Shown: piece after piece, positions 18,405 through 28,636 of the stretch
Numbering within the stretch: the stretch's first letter is position 1
Layout: the number at the start of each line of letters is the position of its first letter
Source of the DNA: Micromonosporaceae bacterium
GTDB lineage: Bacteria > Actinomycetota > Actinomycetes > Mycobacteriales > Micromonosporaceae
Length of the DNA stretch: 64,000 bases
Direction: 5' to 3'
NCBI GenBank assembly: GCA_007130245.1
Contig: SLSW01000268.1
Coordinates: 85 to 64,084 of the forward strand
The notes under the pieces: generated by a model
Told to the model about the DNA's origin: nothing
Databases searched by the model: none
Seen by the model: only the letters and a program-made list of their open reading frames with translations
Program-made: the position numbers and the translations under genes

Positions 18405-18883
18405 CTGCACCTTGCCACGGTCCTCTTCGGGGGACCTGCCACTCAATGCGAGCCTCCGTCTTGCCATCGCGTTCAGACCGGACGGGACCGTGGCGAACGC
18501 TGATCGCCGTTGCGGTCCGTGGGGGATTCCATCACAGCCCTGTTGACCAGGAAAGCGCACGCGGCTGCCATGGGTGGGCACGGCGTAGCTGTCCGCGGAC
18601 GCGAGACAGCGGCGTCCACTCTGATCCCGCGCTCTGAGCAGGACGAATGCCAATATCGACGGGCATGCCGCTATCTACTATGGATCTTTTGTGACGGAGT
18701 GTAGCGAACAGTCGCGCCACAAAGTGGCGCAGATCACAGTTCATAGGCGCAGTCGGCAGCGAAGGTTCGCCCATTAACAACCTATTTGAACCGCCATCTG
18801 ATCTAGACCGCTGCGTCGGGCTTTGGCAAGGTGGGTCCGGTTCACCCGCGGGGACCCGTGGCGGTGTCAGTCTGGAGGGCAGG

Positions 18884-20116
18884 TTGGGAACGAGACGAAA
18901 GCTCCGCTCCACAGCGGTCGTTCTGAGCGGCCTCATGGTGGTGGTGGCCGGTTGCAGTGTGATCGACGCGAGCGACGAGCGCAGCGATGAAGTGGTCGTG
19001 GTCGCTGCTGACCTGGAACTGACCGGTGATGGTTCTGCGCTCGGGGCGATTTACCGCAACGCGCTCGAACTACGGGTCGACCAGGTCAACGAACGGGGGT
19101 TGCTCGGCGACCGGGTGCTCGAGCTCGACATCCGCGACAACCGGACCGATCCCACCACATCGCTGTCGAATCTGAGCGAGTTCGCCCAGGACAGCTCCGT
19201 TGCCGCGGTCATCACCGGCGGGTGTGCCGCATGCCTGTTCGCCGGCATCGAAACGATCACCGACGGTGGGGTTCCGACGATCGCGCTCGCGGGGCCGGAC
19301 AGTGTGGCGTCACCGGCCGCCGACCGCAGGTACATCTTCAAGCTCGGCCCGAACCCCCGGGACTCTGCGAGTGCACTGGTGGCCGAGCTCGGCCGGGCCG
19401 ACGCGCGCAGCGTGGCCCTGCTGGCCAGCGACGACACCTACGGCAGCGACGGTCGCCAGGAGATGTCTGCCGCCGCGAGCGCGGCCGGGATCGAGATCGA
19501 GCTGGAAACGGTCGTGCCTAACGAGGAGGAGCCGATCCGTTCGGCGGCCGAGGAGATCGCGGCGTTTCGGACCACGCCGGAATCGCCGGCACCACCGATT
19601 GGTAACCCGGATGACGCGCCACCGCTGGACGCCGTGGTCATCTGGGCGTATTCGCCGCTGGCCAACGAGGCTGCGGTCGCCCTGCGGGAGGCGGGATACG
19701 ATGGCCCGCTGTTTCTGGACTTCGCTGCCGCGGACGACCTCTTCCTGACCGGTGTCACCGCCAGCGCGCTGGCCGACGCGACCCTGATCTTCACCGAGAC
19801 GTTCGTCATCGACCAGATGATCGCCACCTCACCGGCGACCGCCGCGCGCAAGACCTGGTTCAACGATTACAGCGCGCGGTACGGCACCTACCACGCCTTC
19901 GCTTCCTTCGCTGCGGACGCGATCGACCTGGTCGTCCACGCGGTCAACCGGGTGGACTCCACGGAACGGGCACTGCTGCGCGACGTCATCGAACGTACGC
20001 AGATGGACGGGCTCTCCGGCCCGATCCGCCTGACGCCCGACAACCATTCCGGTCTGTCCTCGCTGGCACTGGCGACCCTCGTGGTGCGCGGCGACCGGTG
20101 GCGACCGGCGGGTTGA
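18884..20116 (+). CDS. ABC substrate-binding lipoprotein, branched-chain amino acid (type I PBP) family, orphan
   Basis: It has a signal peptide plus a lipobox (VVVAGCS) and a Leu/Ile/Val-binding-protein-like fold pattern. No adjacent permease is present. Confidence 0.7.
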   Translation: MGTRRKLRSTAVVLSGLMVVVAGCSVIDASDERSDEVVVVAADLELTGDGSALGAIYRNALELRVDQVNERGLLGDRVLELDIRDNRTDPTTSLSNLSEFAQDSSVAAVITGGCAACLFAGIETITDGGVPTIALAGPDSVASPAADRRYIFKLGPNPRDSASALVAELGRADARSVALLASDDTYGSDGRQEMSAAASAAGIEIELETVVPNEEEPIRSAAEEIAAFRTTPESPAPPIGNPDDAPPLDAVVIWAYSPLANEAAVALREAGYDGPLFLDFAAADDLFLTGVTASALADATLIFTETFVIDQMIATSPATAARKTWFNDYSARYGTYHAFASFAADAIDLVVHAVNRVDSTERALLRDVIERTQMDGLSGPIRLTPDNHSGLSSLALATLVVRGDRWRPAG

Positions 20117-20136
20117 CGCGCGGGCCGGGCGGCCGG

Positions 20137-21015
20137 CTACGACGTGGTCTCGCGCACCCAGGGCACCACGAGGCGTTCGATGGCGACAATCGCGTAGAAC
20201 AGGGCGATGCTGCCGACACTGAGGATGGTGATCGCCGCGAACGCCAACGCGGTGTTGCCGGAACCGCCGGCCTGCTGGATGACGTAGCCCAGACCGAACC
20301 GTCCACCGGCGAACTCGCCGATGACCGAGCCGATCACCGCCAGCGGCATCGCGACCTTGAGCCCCACGAAGATGTGCGGCAGGGCGTAGGGGAAGCGCAC
20401 CTTGACGAAGGTCTGCCACCGCGACGCCTCCAGCGAGCGGCTCAGCTCTACCAGCTCAACCGGTGTGGCCTTCAGTCCGGTGGCTGTGGATAGCACGATG
20501 GGAAAGAAGCACACCAGGACGACCATCGCGATCCGCGGCTGCACCGTGATCCCCAACCACACCACCAGCAGCGGCGCCAGCGCCACCTTCGGGACCGCGT
20601 TGAAGGCGACCAGCCACGGTGTCAACGTCTGGTCCATGATGCGCGAGTTCGCGATCGCCGTGCCGATGAGGAGGCCACCCGCGACGGTTATCCCGAAGCC
20701 CACCAGCGTCTGCACCAACGTGACCCAGGCTTCTTCGAGCAGGTAGGTGTGCAGCCGCACCAGTTCCGACAGCACATCCTGCGGCGGTGGCAGCAGCACC
20801 CGGGAGATGTCCAGGAATGCCGTCGCGGCCCACCAGATGCCGACCGCGACGACGAAGCCGAACAGCGGCAGCACCACTGGCGCCACCAACGACGCCACCC
20901 GCCGTGGGTCGAGGTCGGGCATCTCGCGACTGTGCCAGCGGCTGTGACGGGGCACAGATCCATCCTGGCCAGGACTGACGTCGGACCGCTCGGGGGTCTG
21001 TGTCGCCATGCCCAC
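20137..21015 (-). CDS. ABC transporter permease (NitT/TauT family)
   Basis: It is polytopic with an EAA-like loop (LSRSLEASRWQTFVKVRFPYALPHIFVGLK). Confidence 0.85.
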   Translation of the reverse strand: MGMATQTPERSDVSPGQDGSVPRHSRWHSREMPDLDPRRVASLVAPVVLPLFGFVVAVGIWWAATAFLDISRVLLPPPQDVLSELVRLHTYLLEEAWVTLVQTLVGFGITVAGGLLIGTAIANSRIMDQTLTPWLVAFNAVPKVALAPLLVVWLGITVQPRIAMVVLVCFFPIVLSTATGLKATPVELVELSRSLEASRWQTFVKVRFPYALPHIFVGLKVAMPLAVIGSVIGEFAGGRFGLGYVIQQAGGSGNTALAFAAITILSVGSIALFYAIVAIERLVVPWVRETTS

Positions 21016-21093
21016 CTCTCACGCTAGGACCAACCGGGGGGTGCGCCCGCTCCGCGGAACCGGAAGTGGACGCACCCCCGCGTGGTTATCGGT

Positions 21094-22137
21094 TCAGCCG
21101 TCGTGTCCCGGCACCAGCGGGAACGTGATCACGTCGTCCGGGACCATACCCGCCGGGATCGCCCCGGCGCCCTCCAGGATCGCGATGCTCTGCGCGACCC
21201 GGTTCTCATCGATGGTGCCCAGGGGCGCCAGTGGGTCTGGCGGCTCGACGTAGGGCCCCATCAGGACCACCTCCTGCGCGGCGACCGAGCCGTCCATGGC
21301 CGGCTCGTGCATCTCCAGGATCCGGCCCGCTTCCTCCGGGTCGGCGATGCTGTCCTCGAGACCACGCATCAGCGCCCGCACGAACCGCTCCACCAGCTCC
21401 GGCTCCTCCTCGGCGATGCGGTTGGAGGTGACCAGGGAAATGCCGTACAGGTCGCGCAGCACGTCGCTGAAGGGCAGGACAACCGCCTCCCGTCCGCCGG
21501 CCGCGGCCTCGATGGTGGGCTTACCGAGCAGGAACTGTCCGATGGCGTCGACGTTGCCCTCGCCGAGCATCACCGGCAGCTGCGGGGGCGGAATCGTGTT
21601 GTCGACATCCACCAGCTCGGCGTCGATGCCCGCAAGGTCGGCGTACGCGGGGAACAGCAGCGGACCGAAGGACCCCGGCGCGTCGCCGATGGTCTTTCCC
21701 TCCAGATCACGCGGAGTGCGGATGCCGCTCTCCTCGAGCGCGATGATCGAGAAGACGGTCTGCTGCAGGATGGCGGCGACGACCGTGAAGTCGAGCGGGA
21801 CCTGCTCGTTACCGTATGCGAGCAGGACGCCGGTGAAGTCCGCGAGGGCGAACTCCACGTCACCGTCGACCGCCTGGGTGATGTTCGGGATGGTGCCGCC
21901 ACCCGGCTGGATGTCGACCTCGATGCCTTCTTCCTCGAAATATCCCTTCTCGAGAGCCACATAGGCGTAGGCCTCTCGACCGAAGGTGCCGAATCCAGTT
22001 AGATAGGTGACCTGCACCGGTCCGAACTCTTCCTCCCCGGTGCCGGCTGCTTCTCCGTTCTCGCTTGCACAGCCACTCACCACCAATAATGCGGCCAACG
22101 CCACAGTGGTGGTTACTTGTCGGAGACGTCTTGCCAT
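21094..22137 (-). CDS. ABC substrate-binding lipoprotein (NMT1/THI5-like, NitT/TauT family)
   Basis: The likely start is ATG 22137 (MARRLRQVTTTVALAALLVVSGCAS, with a lipobox). It lies upstream of the permease. Confidence 0.8.
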   Translation of the reverse strand: MARRLRQVTTTVALAALLVVSGCASENGEAAGTGEEEFGPVQVTYLTGFGTFGREAYAYVALEKGYFEEEGIEVDIQPGGGTIPNITQAVDGDVEFALADFTGVLLAYGNEQVPLDFTVVAAILQQTVFSIIALEESGIRTPRDLEGKTIGDAPGSFGPLLFPAYADLAGIDAELVDVDNTIPPPQLPVMLGEGNVDAIGQFLLGKPTIEAAAGGREAVVLPFSDVLRDLYGISLVTSNRIAEEEPELVERFVRALMRGLEDSIADPEEAGRILEMHEPAMDGSVAAQEVVLMGPYVEPPDPLAPLGTIDENRVAQSIAILEGAGAIPAGMVPDDVITFPLVPGHDG

Positions 22138-22380
22138 GAGGGGTAACCTTTCATCGGACAGTGGGGCATTTCGCGCCTCGACCAACGCGGAACGTGTTGG
22201 CCACGCCACAGCCTACGAGAACCGCTAGGGAGCGCGCGAGGGGCGTCTGATGTGGTAATCGTCGCTATGTCGATACGCTGGGCGCCGGCCTCCGGACGTG
22301 GCGAACTGCACCGTCCGTGTTCGGGGTATGGTGTCGACGGCCCCGGCACGGCACGGCACGCCACGGCACGCGCCACAGTG

Positions 22381-23187
22381 ATGGAGAAATGTCGAATGAT
22401 CCAAATGACCAGTGTGTCGCAGGTCTTCGATGGACGAGGTGGCAGCGTCGAAGCGCTCCGCGACATAAACCTGCAGGTGGCGGCGGGCGAGTTCGTCGCG
22501 ATCGTCGGCAGGTCCGGTTGCGGTAAGTCCACACTCCTTCGCCAGGTCGCCGGCCTGCTCCGTCCCAGCAACGGCGAGGTGACCGTTGACGGCACCGCCG
22601 TGGGTAAACCCCGCCGGGATGTGGCCATGGTGTTCCAGCGCCCGGCACTGCTGCCATGGCGCTCGGTGCTCGACAACGTGCTGCTGCCGGTGGAACTACT
22701 CGGCAAGCGTAAGTCCGCCTACCGCGCACGAGCGCTGGAGCTGCTGGAGCTGGTGGGCCTGGAAGGTTTCCAACGCCGCGCGCCACATGAATTGTCCGGT
22801 GGCATGCAGCAGCGGGTGGCGCTGTGCCGGTCGCTGTTGACCGAGCCGCGAGTGATGCTGATGGACGAGCCGTTCTCCGCCCTCGACGCGCTCACCCGCG
22901 AGGAGCTGTCGGTGCAACTCCAACGCATCCACATGGAGCACTCCGCGACGATCATGTTCGTCACACACTCCATCGACGAGGCCGTGCTGCTCGCCGACCG
23001 GGTGGTGGTTCTGACACCCCGGCCCGGCCGGATCCAGAAGATCCTGGATGTCGGAATACCGCGGCCGCGTACGCTCGGGCGCACTGCCCACTTCGAGGAC
23101 GTCGCCAGGATCAGCGCGGAGCTGCACGAGCTGCTGTTCACCGAGCACGCGGATCTTGAGACATCGACCCCCGCCAGGAAAGGCTGA
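22381..23187 (+). CDS. ABC transporter ATP-binding protein (NitT/TauT family)
   Basis: Walker A GRSGCGKST, signature LSGGMQQR and Walker B VMLMDEP. The start is uncertain (22381 or 22396). Confidence 0.85.
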   Translation: MEKCRMIQMTSVSQVFDGRGGSVEALRDINLQVAAGEFVAIVGRSGCGKSTLLRQVAGLLRPSNGEVTVDGTAVGKPRRDVAMVFQRPALLPWRSVLDNVLLPVELLGKRKSAYRARALELLELVGLEGFQRRAPHELSGGMQQRVALCRSLLTEPRVMLMDEPFSALDALTREELSVQLQRIHMEHSATIMFVTHSIDEAVLLADRVVVLTPRPGRIQKILDVGIPRPRTLGRTAHFEDVARISAELHELLFTEHADLETSTPARKG

Positions 23188-23190
23188 TAG

Positions 23191-24138
23191 ATGCAGGTCT
23201 GTATATTCACCGAGCCGCATCGGGGAGCAACCTTCGCCGATCAACTGCGGTTCGCCCGCCACGTCGAGGAACGGGGCTTCGACGGCTTCTTCCGCGCCGA
23301 CCATTACCAGGCGATGGGTGACGACGACGGTTATCCAGGTCCTACGGACGCCTGGGTCACTCTGGGTGCGATCGCGCAGGCGACCTCGCGGATCCGGCTC
23401 GGGACCCTCGTGTCCTCCGCCACTTTCCGCCTCCCCGGCCCGATGGCGATCATCGCTGCCCAGGTGGACGACATGAGCGGGGGCCGGGTCGAGCTCGGGC
23501 TCGGCGCTGGCTGGTACGAGCGGGAGCACACCTCGTACGGCATCCCGTTTCCCCCGCTACGTGAACGGTTCGACCTGCTCACCGAACAGATCGAGATCAT
23601 TTCCGGGCTGTGGACGACGCCGGTCGGCGAGAGGTTCAGCTACCACGGCAAGCACTACCAGCTCACCAACGCGCCGGCGCTACCCAAGCCGGTGCACCCG
23701 ACCGGTCCACCGTTCATCATCGGCGGCCGTGGCACCCGCCGGACACCGGAGCTGGCGGCCCGGTACGCGACCGAGTTCAACGCCGCGTTCCAGAGCGTCG
23801 AGGAAGCTCAGCAGACATTCCAGCGGGTGCGCGAGGCAGCCGAGCGGGTAGGGCGTGCCGCCACCGGGCGTGCCCCGTTGTCCCTGTCGATAGGTGCGGT
23901 CGTGGCGTGCGGCCGCTCGGACGCCGAGGCCCGGCGCCGCGCCGAGGTCCTCTACGAGACGAACAGCGCACTGCCCAGCGAGGACCCGGTGATCGGCTCG
24001 CCCGGACAACTGGTGGAACGCAGCGGACAGTTCGCCGCTATCGGTGCCGATCGCACCTACCTGCGCCTTACCGACCTGAGCGACCTCGACCACCTGGACC
24101 TGATCGCCGACGAGGTCCTTCCGCAGCTGGACCGCTGA
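23191..24138 (+). CDS. LLM class F420-dependent oxidoreductase
   Basis: Luciferase-like monooxygenase pattern (FDGFFRADHY...LGLGAGW...), with a 3-nt gap after the ABC ATPase. Confidence 0.8.
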   Translation: MQVCIFTEPHRGATFADQLRFARHVEERGFDGFFRADHYQAMGDDDGYPGPTDAWVTLGAIAQATSRIRLGTLVSSATFRLPGPMAIIAAQVDDMSGGRVELGLGAGWYEREHTSYGIPFPPLRERFDLLTEQIEIISGLWTTPVGERFSYHGKHYQLTNAPALPKPVHPTGPPFIIGGRGTRRTPELAARYATEFNAAFQSVEEAQQTFQRVREAAERVGRAATGRAPLSLSIGAVVACGRSDAEARRRAEVLYETNSALPSEDPVIGSPGQLVERSGQFAAIGADRTYLRLTDLSDLDHLDLIADEVLPQLDR

Positions 24139-25052
24139 TGCCCACGCGCGACCGGGTCGCGCTCACCGCGCTGCTTGCCTGCGCCGCCGTGGCTGGCGGC
24201 AACGGCGTCGGCATCCGGTTCAGCAATCAGGAGCTGGCGCCGCTGTGGGGAGCTTCGATCCGATTCGGGGCTGCCGCGTGCGTGCTGTTCCTGTTCGTCC
24301 TGGCGCTCCGGCTAGAGCTCCCACGCGGTCGAGCGCTCAAGGGTGCCCTGCTGTTCGGCATCTTGAATTTCACGTTCGGCTTCGGCGTGTTCTACGTGGC
24401 GCTGCTGGAGATACAGGCCGGTCTCGGGCACATCCTGCTGGCTCTCGTACCGTTGATAACCCTGCTGCTGGCGGTCGCCTGGGGGCAGGAGCGGCTCAGC
24501 CCCACCGCGGTGCTGGCTGTGATCATGGCGGTCGCCGGTGTCGCGGTGATGTCACAGGCGCCGCTGCGGGAGGTGCCGGCCTGGGCACTGCTGGCGGGGC
24601 TGGTCAGCGCGATCTCCATCGCGCAGGCTGCGGTCGTGGTCCGCCGTTTCCCCCGCGTGCATCCGGTGACCATGAACGCTATCGGCATGGCGGCGGCCAC
24701 CGTCGCCCTTCTCTCCGCTTCCATGCTGGTCGGCGAGAGCTGGACCGTTCCCACCGACGTGTCGACGGTGGTGGCGGTGGTCTACCTGATTCTGGCCGGC
24801 TCGGTGCTGGTCCACCTGCTGTACCTGGTCGTGCTGCGTCGGTGGCACGCCTCCAGATCGGCCTATGTGTTCGTGCTGTCGCCGTTTGTGGCGGTGGCGC
24901 TGTCCGCGTGGCTGGACGACGAACCGGTCGGCGTCGGGTTGGTCCTCGGCGGTCTACTGGTGCTCGCCGCTGTCTACCTGGGGGCGTTGAAGCCGGCGGA
25001 GCGCCACGCGCGCAAACAGCCCGTCACTTCCGAGCGACCATCGCCCCGTTAG
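24138..25052 (+). CDS. DMT (EamA) family transporter
   Basis: ATG 24138 overlaps the LLM stop. It has ten hydrophobic segments in two EamA-like halves. Confidence 0.8.
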   Translation: MPTRDRVALTALLACAAVAGGNGVGIRFSNQELAPLWGASIRFGAAACVLFLFVLALRLELPRGRALKGALLFGILNFTFGFGVFYVALLEIQAGLGHILLALVPLITLLLAVAWGQERLSPTAVLAVIMAVAGVAVMSQAPLREVPAWALLAGLVSAISIAQAAVVVRRFPRVHPVTMNAIGMAAATVALLSASMLVGESWTVPTDVSTVVAVVYLILAGSVLVHLLYLVVLRRWHASRSAYVFVLSPFVAVALSAWLDDEPVGVGLVLGGLLVLAAVYLGALKPAERHARKQPVTSERPSPR

Positions 25053-26037
25053 CGCCGGGAGCATCGAAGCTCACGCGGTGAACATCGGTGAAGCCCGCGT
25101 CGCGCAGCCACTGAGCGTACTCCACCTCCGAGTAGTTACGGCCGCCTTCGGTCTCGACCACCATGTTCAGACCCATCAGCGCCGCCGCGGGTGGACCGGT
25201 GCGTTCCGAGTTCAGGATCAGCTCGGAGACGATCACCACGCCACCCGGCGGCAGGGCGGCATGGCACTTCGCCAGCAGGGACCGATTGGTCGCTACGTCC
25301 CAGTCGTGCAGGATCATGCTCAACAGGATCACGTCGTGTCCACCCGGCAGCACCGGGTCGGTGAGAAAGTCTCCGGGTGTGACCGTGACCCGACCGGAGA
25401 GGTTCGCCCGCTCGACATTGCGTCGTGCGGCATCACACACGTGCGCCAGGTCGAACAATGTCGCCTGCAGATGCGGATACTTCTCGCACAGCACAATGTC
25501 GTACGCACCGGACCCCCCGCCGACATCAAGCAGGCTCTTGTGGACGCTGAAGTCGTAGGCGTCGGCAATGACCCTGGCGGTGAACATGGAGGTCGAGTGC
25601 ATGGCGTCCCAGAACAGCCGGACCAGCTCGGGGTCCTCGTCGTCGAACAGCGAGCTCTGCTCGTCCGGATCCCAGGTCAGTGGGCGGTCCGTCCGCAGCG
25701 CTTCCCCGATGCGGTGCCAGGCCGGATACGTGCGCTTATCGCAGTAGCGGACAAGGCCGCCGAAGTAGTCCGGGCGCCCGGAAACGAGAAACTGTTCCGC
25801 CAGCGCGGTGTTGCGGTAACCCCCGTCGTATCGTTCCAGCAGGCCGAGCGACGCACAGGACGCGAGTAGCATGTCCGCGGGCCGTTCGGCGATACCGAAC
25901 TCCTCACACACCTCCGTGACCGTTACCGACCGCCCGCCGGCCAGCGCCGTGAACAGGTCCAGCTCGACTGCGACCGCGAGGGTCTTAAAGCTCCAGAAGC
26001 CGGACACGAGTTGCATCAAGGAGTTGGGTGTGTGCAT
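25024..26037 (-). CDS. class I SAM-dependent O-methyltransferase with dimerisation domain (COMT-like)
   Basis: The likely start is ATG 26037 (MHTPNSLMQLVSGFW). SAM motif LLDVGGGSGAY. It lies 100 nt downstream of kamA on the same strand. Confidence 0.85.
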   Translation of the reverse strand: MHTPNSLMQLVSGFWSFKTLAVAVELDLFTALAGGRSVTVTEVCEEFGIAERPADMLLASCASLGLLERYDGGYRNTALAEQFLVSGRPDYFGGLVRYCDKRTYPAWHRIGEALRTDRPLTWDPDEQSSLFDDEDPELVRLFWDAMHSTSMFTARVIADAYDFSVHKSLLDVGGGSGAYDIVLCEKYPHLQATLFDLAHVCDAARRNVERANLSGRVTVTPGDFLTDPVLPGGHDVILLSMILHDWDVATNRSLLAKCHAALPPGGVVIVSELILNSERTGPPAAALMGLNMVVETEGGRNYSEVEYAQWLRDAGFTDVHRVSFDAPGANGAMVARK

Positions 26038-26137
26038 GGGCTGATTCTCCCGGGTGTCCGGGGCGGTCAGCAAGTGGCGCCACGTGCCAGGACCGCGCGC
26101 CCGCACTGCCGCGCACGGGCGTGGCCGGCGTTGGCCG

Positions 26138-27487
26138 CTACCGGGTGGCGGAGACCGCCTGTTTGGACCACCAGCGGCGGCCGGACTCGGGCAGGGTGTC
26201 GATCGGATCGTAATACGGGTAGCGGCGGCTCAACGCGTCGGCCTCGTCGGCCTCGATGGAGGTGCGGTAGTTCTTCGTCCAGTACGAGATGCCGTGCTCG
26301 CGGTCGTACTCGGTGACCATGTGCACCCACCGCTTGCCCACGAACGGCACGTCGCACACGATGCGCGGTGTCGCGTACCCCGGCAGCCAGCCCATGATGT
26401 CGTGCTGCAGCTGCTGAGCCTGCCACACCGGCAGCCGCCAGTGCTCGGCATTGGGGATCATGTCGCACATGTAGAAGTAGTAGGGCAGGATGGCCGCCTC
26501 GCCCTGCAGGCCGAAGCACAGTTCCAGCAGGTCGTCGGCGGTGTCGTTGACCCCGCGCATGAGCACACCCTGGTTGCGCACGTCGCGCACCCCGACCTCC
26601 AGCGCGGTGCGGGCGGCCTCGGCCACCAGCGGCGTGAGCGAGTTGGTGTGGTTGACGTGGGTGTGGATGGCCAGGTTCACCCCGCGCCGGTGCGCGGTGC
26701 GTGCCACCCGTTCGAGTCCTTCCACCACGGCCGGCTGCAGCCAGTGCTGCGGCAGGCCGGCCAGCGCCTTGGTGGCCAACCGTATGTCGCGCACCGAGTC
26801 GATGTCCAGCAGCCGCATCACGTACGACTCGAGGTTTTTCCACGGGATGTTGGCCACGTCGCCGCCGGAGACCACCACATCCCGTACGCCGGGGTGCTTT
26901 TTCAGATAGTCGATGTGCGCGTCGTAGCGCTCCACCGGCTTGAGGGTGAGCTTGAGCTTGTCCACCGCCGGGGTGGAGTTGCCGACCAGGTCCATGCGGG
27001 TGCAGTGCCCGCAGTACTGCGGGCAGGTCGACAACAGCTCGGCCAGCACCTTGGTGGGGTAGCGGTGGGTCAGACCCTCGGTGGCCCACATGTCGTGCTC
27101 GTGCAGCGAGTCCCGGGTGGCGTGCGGGTGGCTGGGCCAGTCGCTGCGCCGATCGGAAGCCACCGGGATCATGTAGTGCCGCAACGGATCGGCGTAGAAC
27201 GACTCGGTGTCCGGCACCGCGTGCGGCACCATCGTGTTGAGCATCTGCGGCGGCACCAGCATGGACATCGTGGCCGTCGCCTGCTGGTCGGCCTGCAGAT
27301 CCTCGTAGAACCGCTCGTCGACCAGGTCGCCGAGCAGTGCCCGCAGCTGCTTGATGCTCTTGACGCAGTTGGCGCGCTGCCACTGCGCCGAGCGCCACTG
27401 CTCGGTAGTGACCTCGCGCCAGCCGGGGAAGCGCCGCCAGTCCGGCTCGACCAGTTCCCGCCGCCGGTACTCGAACGGTTGCGTCAC
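26138..27487 (-). CDS. kamA: lysine 2,3-aminomutase (radical SAM, KamA family)
   Basis: It has the CPQYCGHCTR radical-SAM cluster motif, is 449 aa and has a KamA-like N-terminus (WRSAQWQRANCVKS). Confidence 0.9.
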   Translation of the reverse strand: MTQPFEYRRRELVEPDWRRFPGWREVTTEQWRSAQWQRANCVKSIKQLRALLGDLVDERFYEDLQADQQATATMSMLVPPQMLNTMVPHAVPDTESFYADPLRHYMIPVASDRRSDWPSHPHATRDSLHEHDMWATEGLTHRYPTKVLAELLSTCPQYCGHCTRMDLVGNSTPAVDKLKLTLKPVERYDAHIDYLKKHPGVRDVVVSGGDVANIPWKNLESYVMRLLDIDSVRDIRLATKALAGLPQHWLQPAVVEGLERVARTAHRRGVNLAIHTHVNHTNSLTPLVAEAARTALEVGVRDVRNQGVLMRGVNDTADDLLELCFGLQGEAAILPYYFYMCDMIPNAEHWRLPVWQAQQLQHDIMGWLPGYATPRIVCDVPFVGKRWVHMVTEYDREHGISYWTKNYRTSIEADEADALSRRYPYYDPIDTLPESGRRWWSKQAVSATR

Positions 27488-27590
27488 GCCCCGACCTCCT
27501 GCCGCTTCCCGGCCCCACCTCGCGGAGCCGAACTATCTCCGTTCTGTAAGCTACTAGCACGAAGATATTACAGGCAAGGAGGCCAGGTAC

Positions 27591-28631
27591 GTGGATTCGT
27601 CCGTAGGGCTGCACCGGGTGCGCGAACCGCTCGGGGTGCTGCCGCAGGCCGCCTGGCGCCTGGACACCTGTGCGGACATCGGGCCGGACGAGGTCCGCGT
27701 GGCCGTGGAGCGCCTCAACCTGGACGCGGCCAGCTTCCGCCAGCTGCGCGACACGCACGACGACGACCCGCACGCCATCCGGGCCGAGGTGCGCAAGATA
27801 ATCGCCAACCGCGGCAAGATGCACAATCCGGTTACCGGTTCCGGTGGGATGCTGATCGGCACCGTGGACGAAGTCGGGCCCGACTCTCCGCTCGGCCTGC
27901 GCCGCGGCGACCGGGTCGCCACCCTGGTCTCGCTGACCCTGACCCCGCTGGCGGTCACCGACGAACTGGCCGACTGGGACGGTCGCAGCGAGCAGGTGCC
28001 CTGCCGCGGGCACGCCATCCTGTTCGCCCGCTCCGCGGTGGCGGTGCTGCCCGACGACCTCGCACCCGCCGTCGCCCTGGCGGTGTTCGACGTGTGCGGC
28101 GCACCCGCACTGACCGCCCGCGTCGTGGCACCGTACGCCCAGCGGCAGGCACCGGCCGTAGCCGTGCTCGGCGGCGCCGGCAAGAGCGGGGCGCTGTCGC
28201 TGGCCGCCGCCCGCCACGCCGGCGCGGTGAACACCGTCGGCGTGGTGCCCACCCCCGCCGAGCGGGACCGGCTGTCGGCCGCGGGGCTCGCCGACCACGT
28301 GGTCATGGCCGACGCCCGCGACCCGGTGGCGCTGTCCAAGGCCGTCACCGGCGCGCTCGGGCGGCCCGCCGACATCGTCGTGGTCTGCGTGGACGTGCCC
28401 GGCTGCGAGCACGGGGCGGTGCTGGCCACCGCCGACGGCGGCACGGTCATCTTCTTCTCCATGGCGACCGCGTTCTCCGCCGCGGCCCTCGGCGCCGAAG
28501 GCCTGGCCGCCGACGTCACCATGCTGATCGGCAACGGCTACGTCCCCGGCCACGCCGCCTACGCGCTGGACCTGGTGCGCGAACATCCGCCGCTCCGGCG
28601 TCTCATCGAGTTGCGCACCCAGGCACACTGA
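27591..28631 (+). CDS. kdd: L-erythro-3,5-diaminohexanoate dehydrogenase
   Basis: HRVREPLGVLPQAAWRLD and RGKMHNPVTGSGGMLIGTV match the Kdd signature regions. Confidence 0.85.
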   Translation: MDSSVGLHRVREPLGVLPQAAWRLDTCADIGPDEVRVAVERLNLDAASFRQLRDTHDDDPHAIRAEVRKIIANRGKMHNPVTGSGGMLIGTVDEVGPDSPLGLRRGDRVATLVSLTLTPLAVTDELADWDGRSEQVPCRGHAILFARSAVAVLPDDLAPAVALAVFDVCGAPALTARVVAPYAQRQAPAVAVLGGAGKSGALSLAAARHAGAVNTVGVVPTPAERDRLSAAGLADHVVMADARDPVALSKAVTGALGRPADIVVVCVDVPGCEHGAVLATADGGTVIFFSMATAFSAAALGAEGLAADVTMLIGNGYVPGHAAYALDLVREHPPLRRLIELRTQAH

Positions 28632-28636
28632 CAGCT

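Noticed and set aside
22138-22380. Possible TPP riboswitch upstream of the NMT1/THI5-like binding-protein gene
   Set aside because: I could not find the conserved CUGAGA / ACCUGAUCUGGAUAAUGCCAGCG-type elements on the relevant strand.
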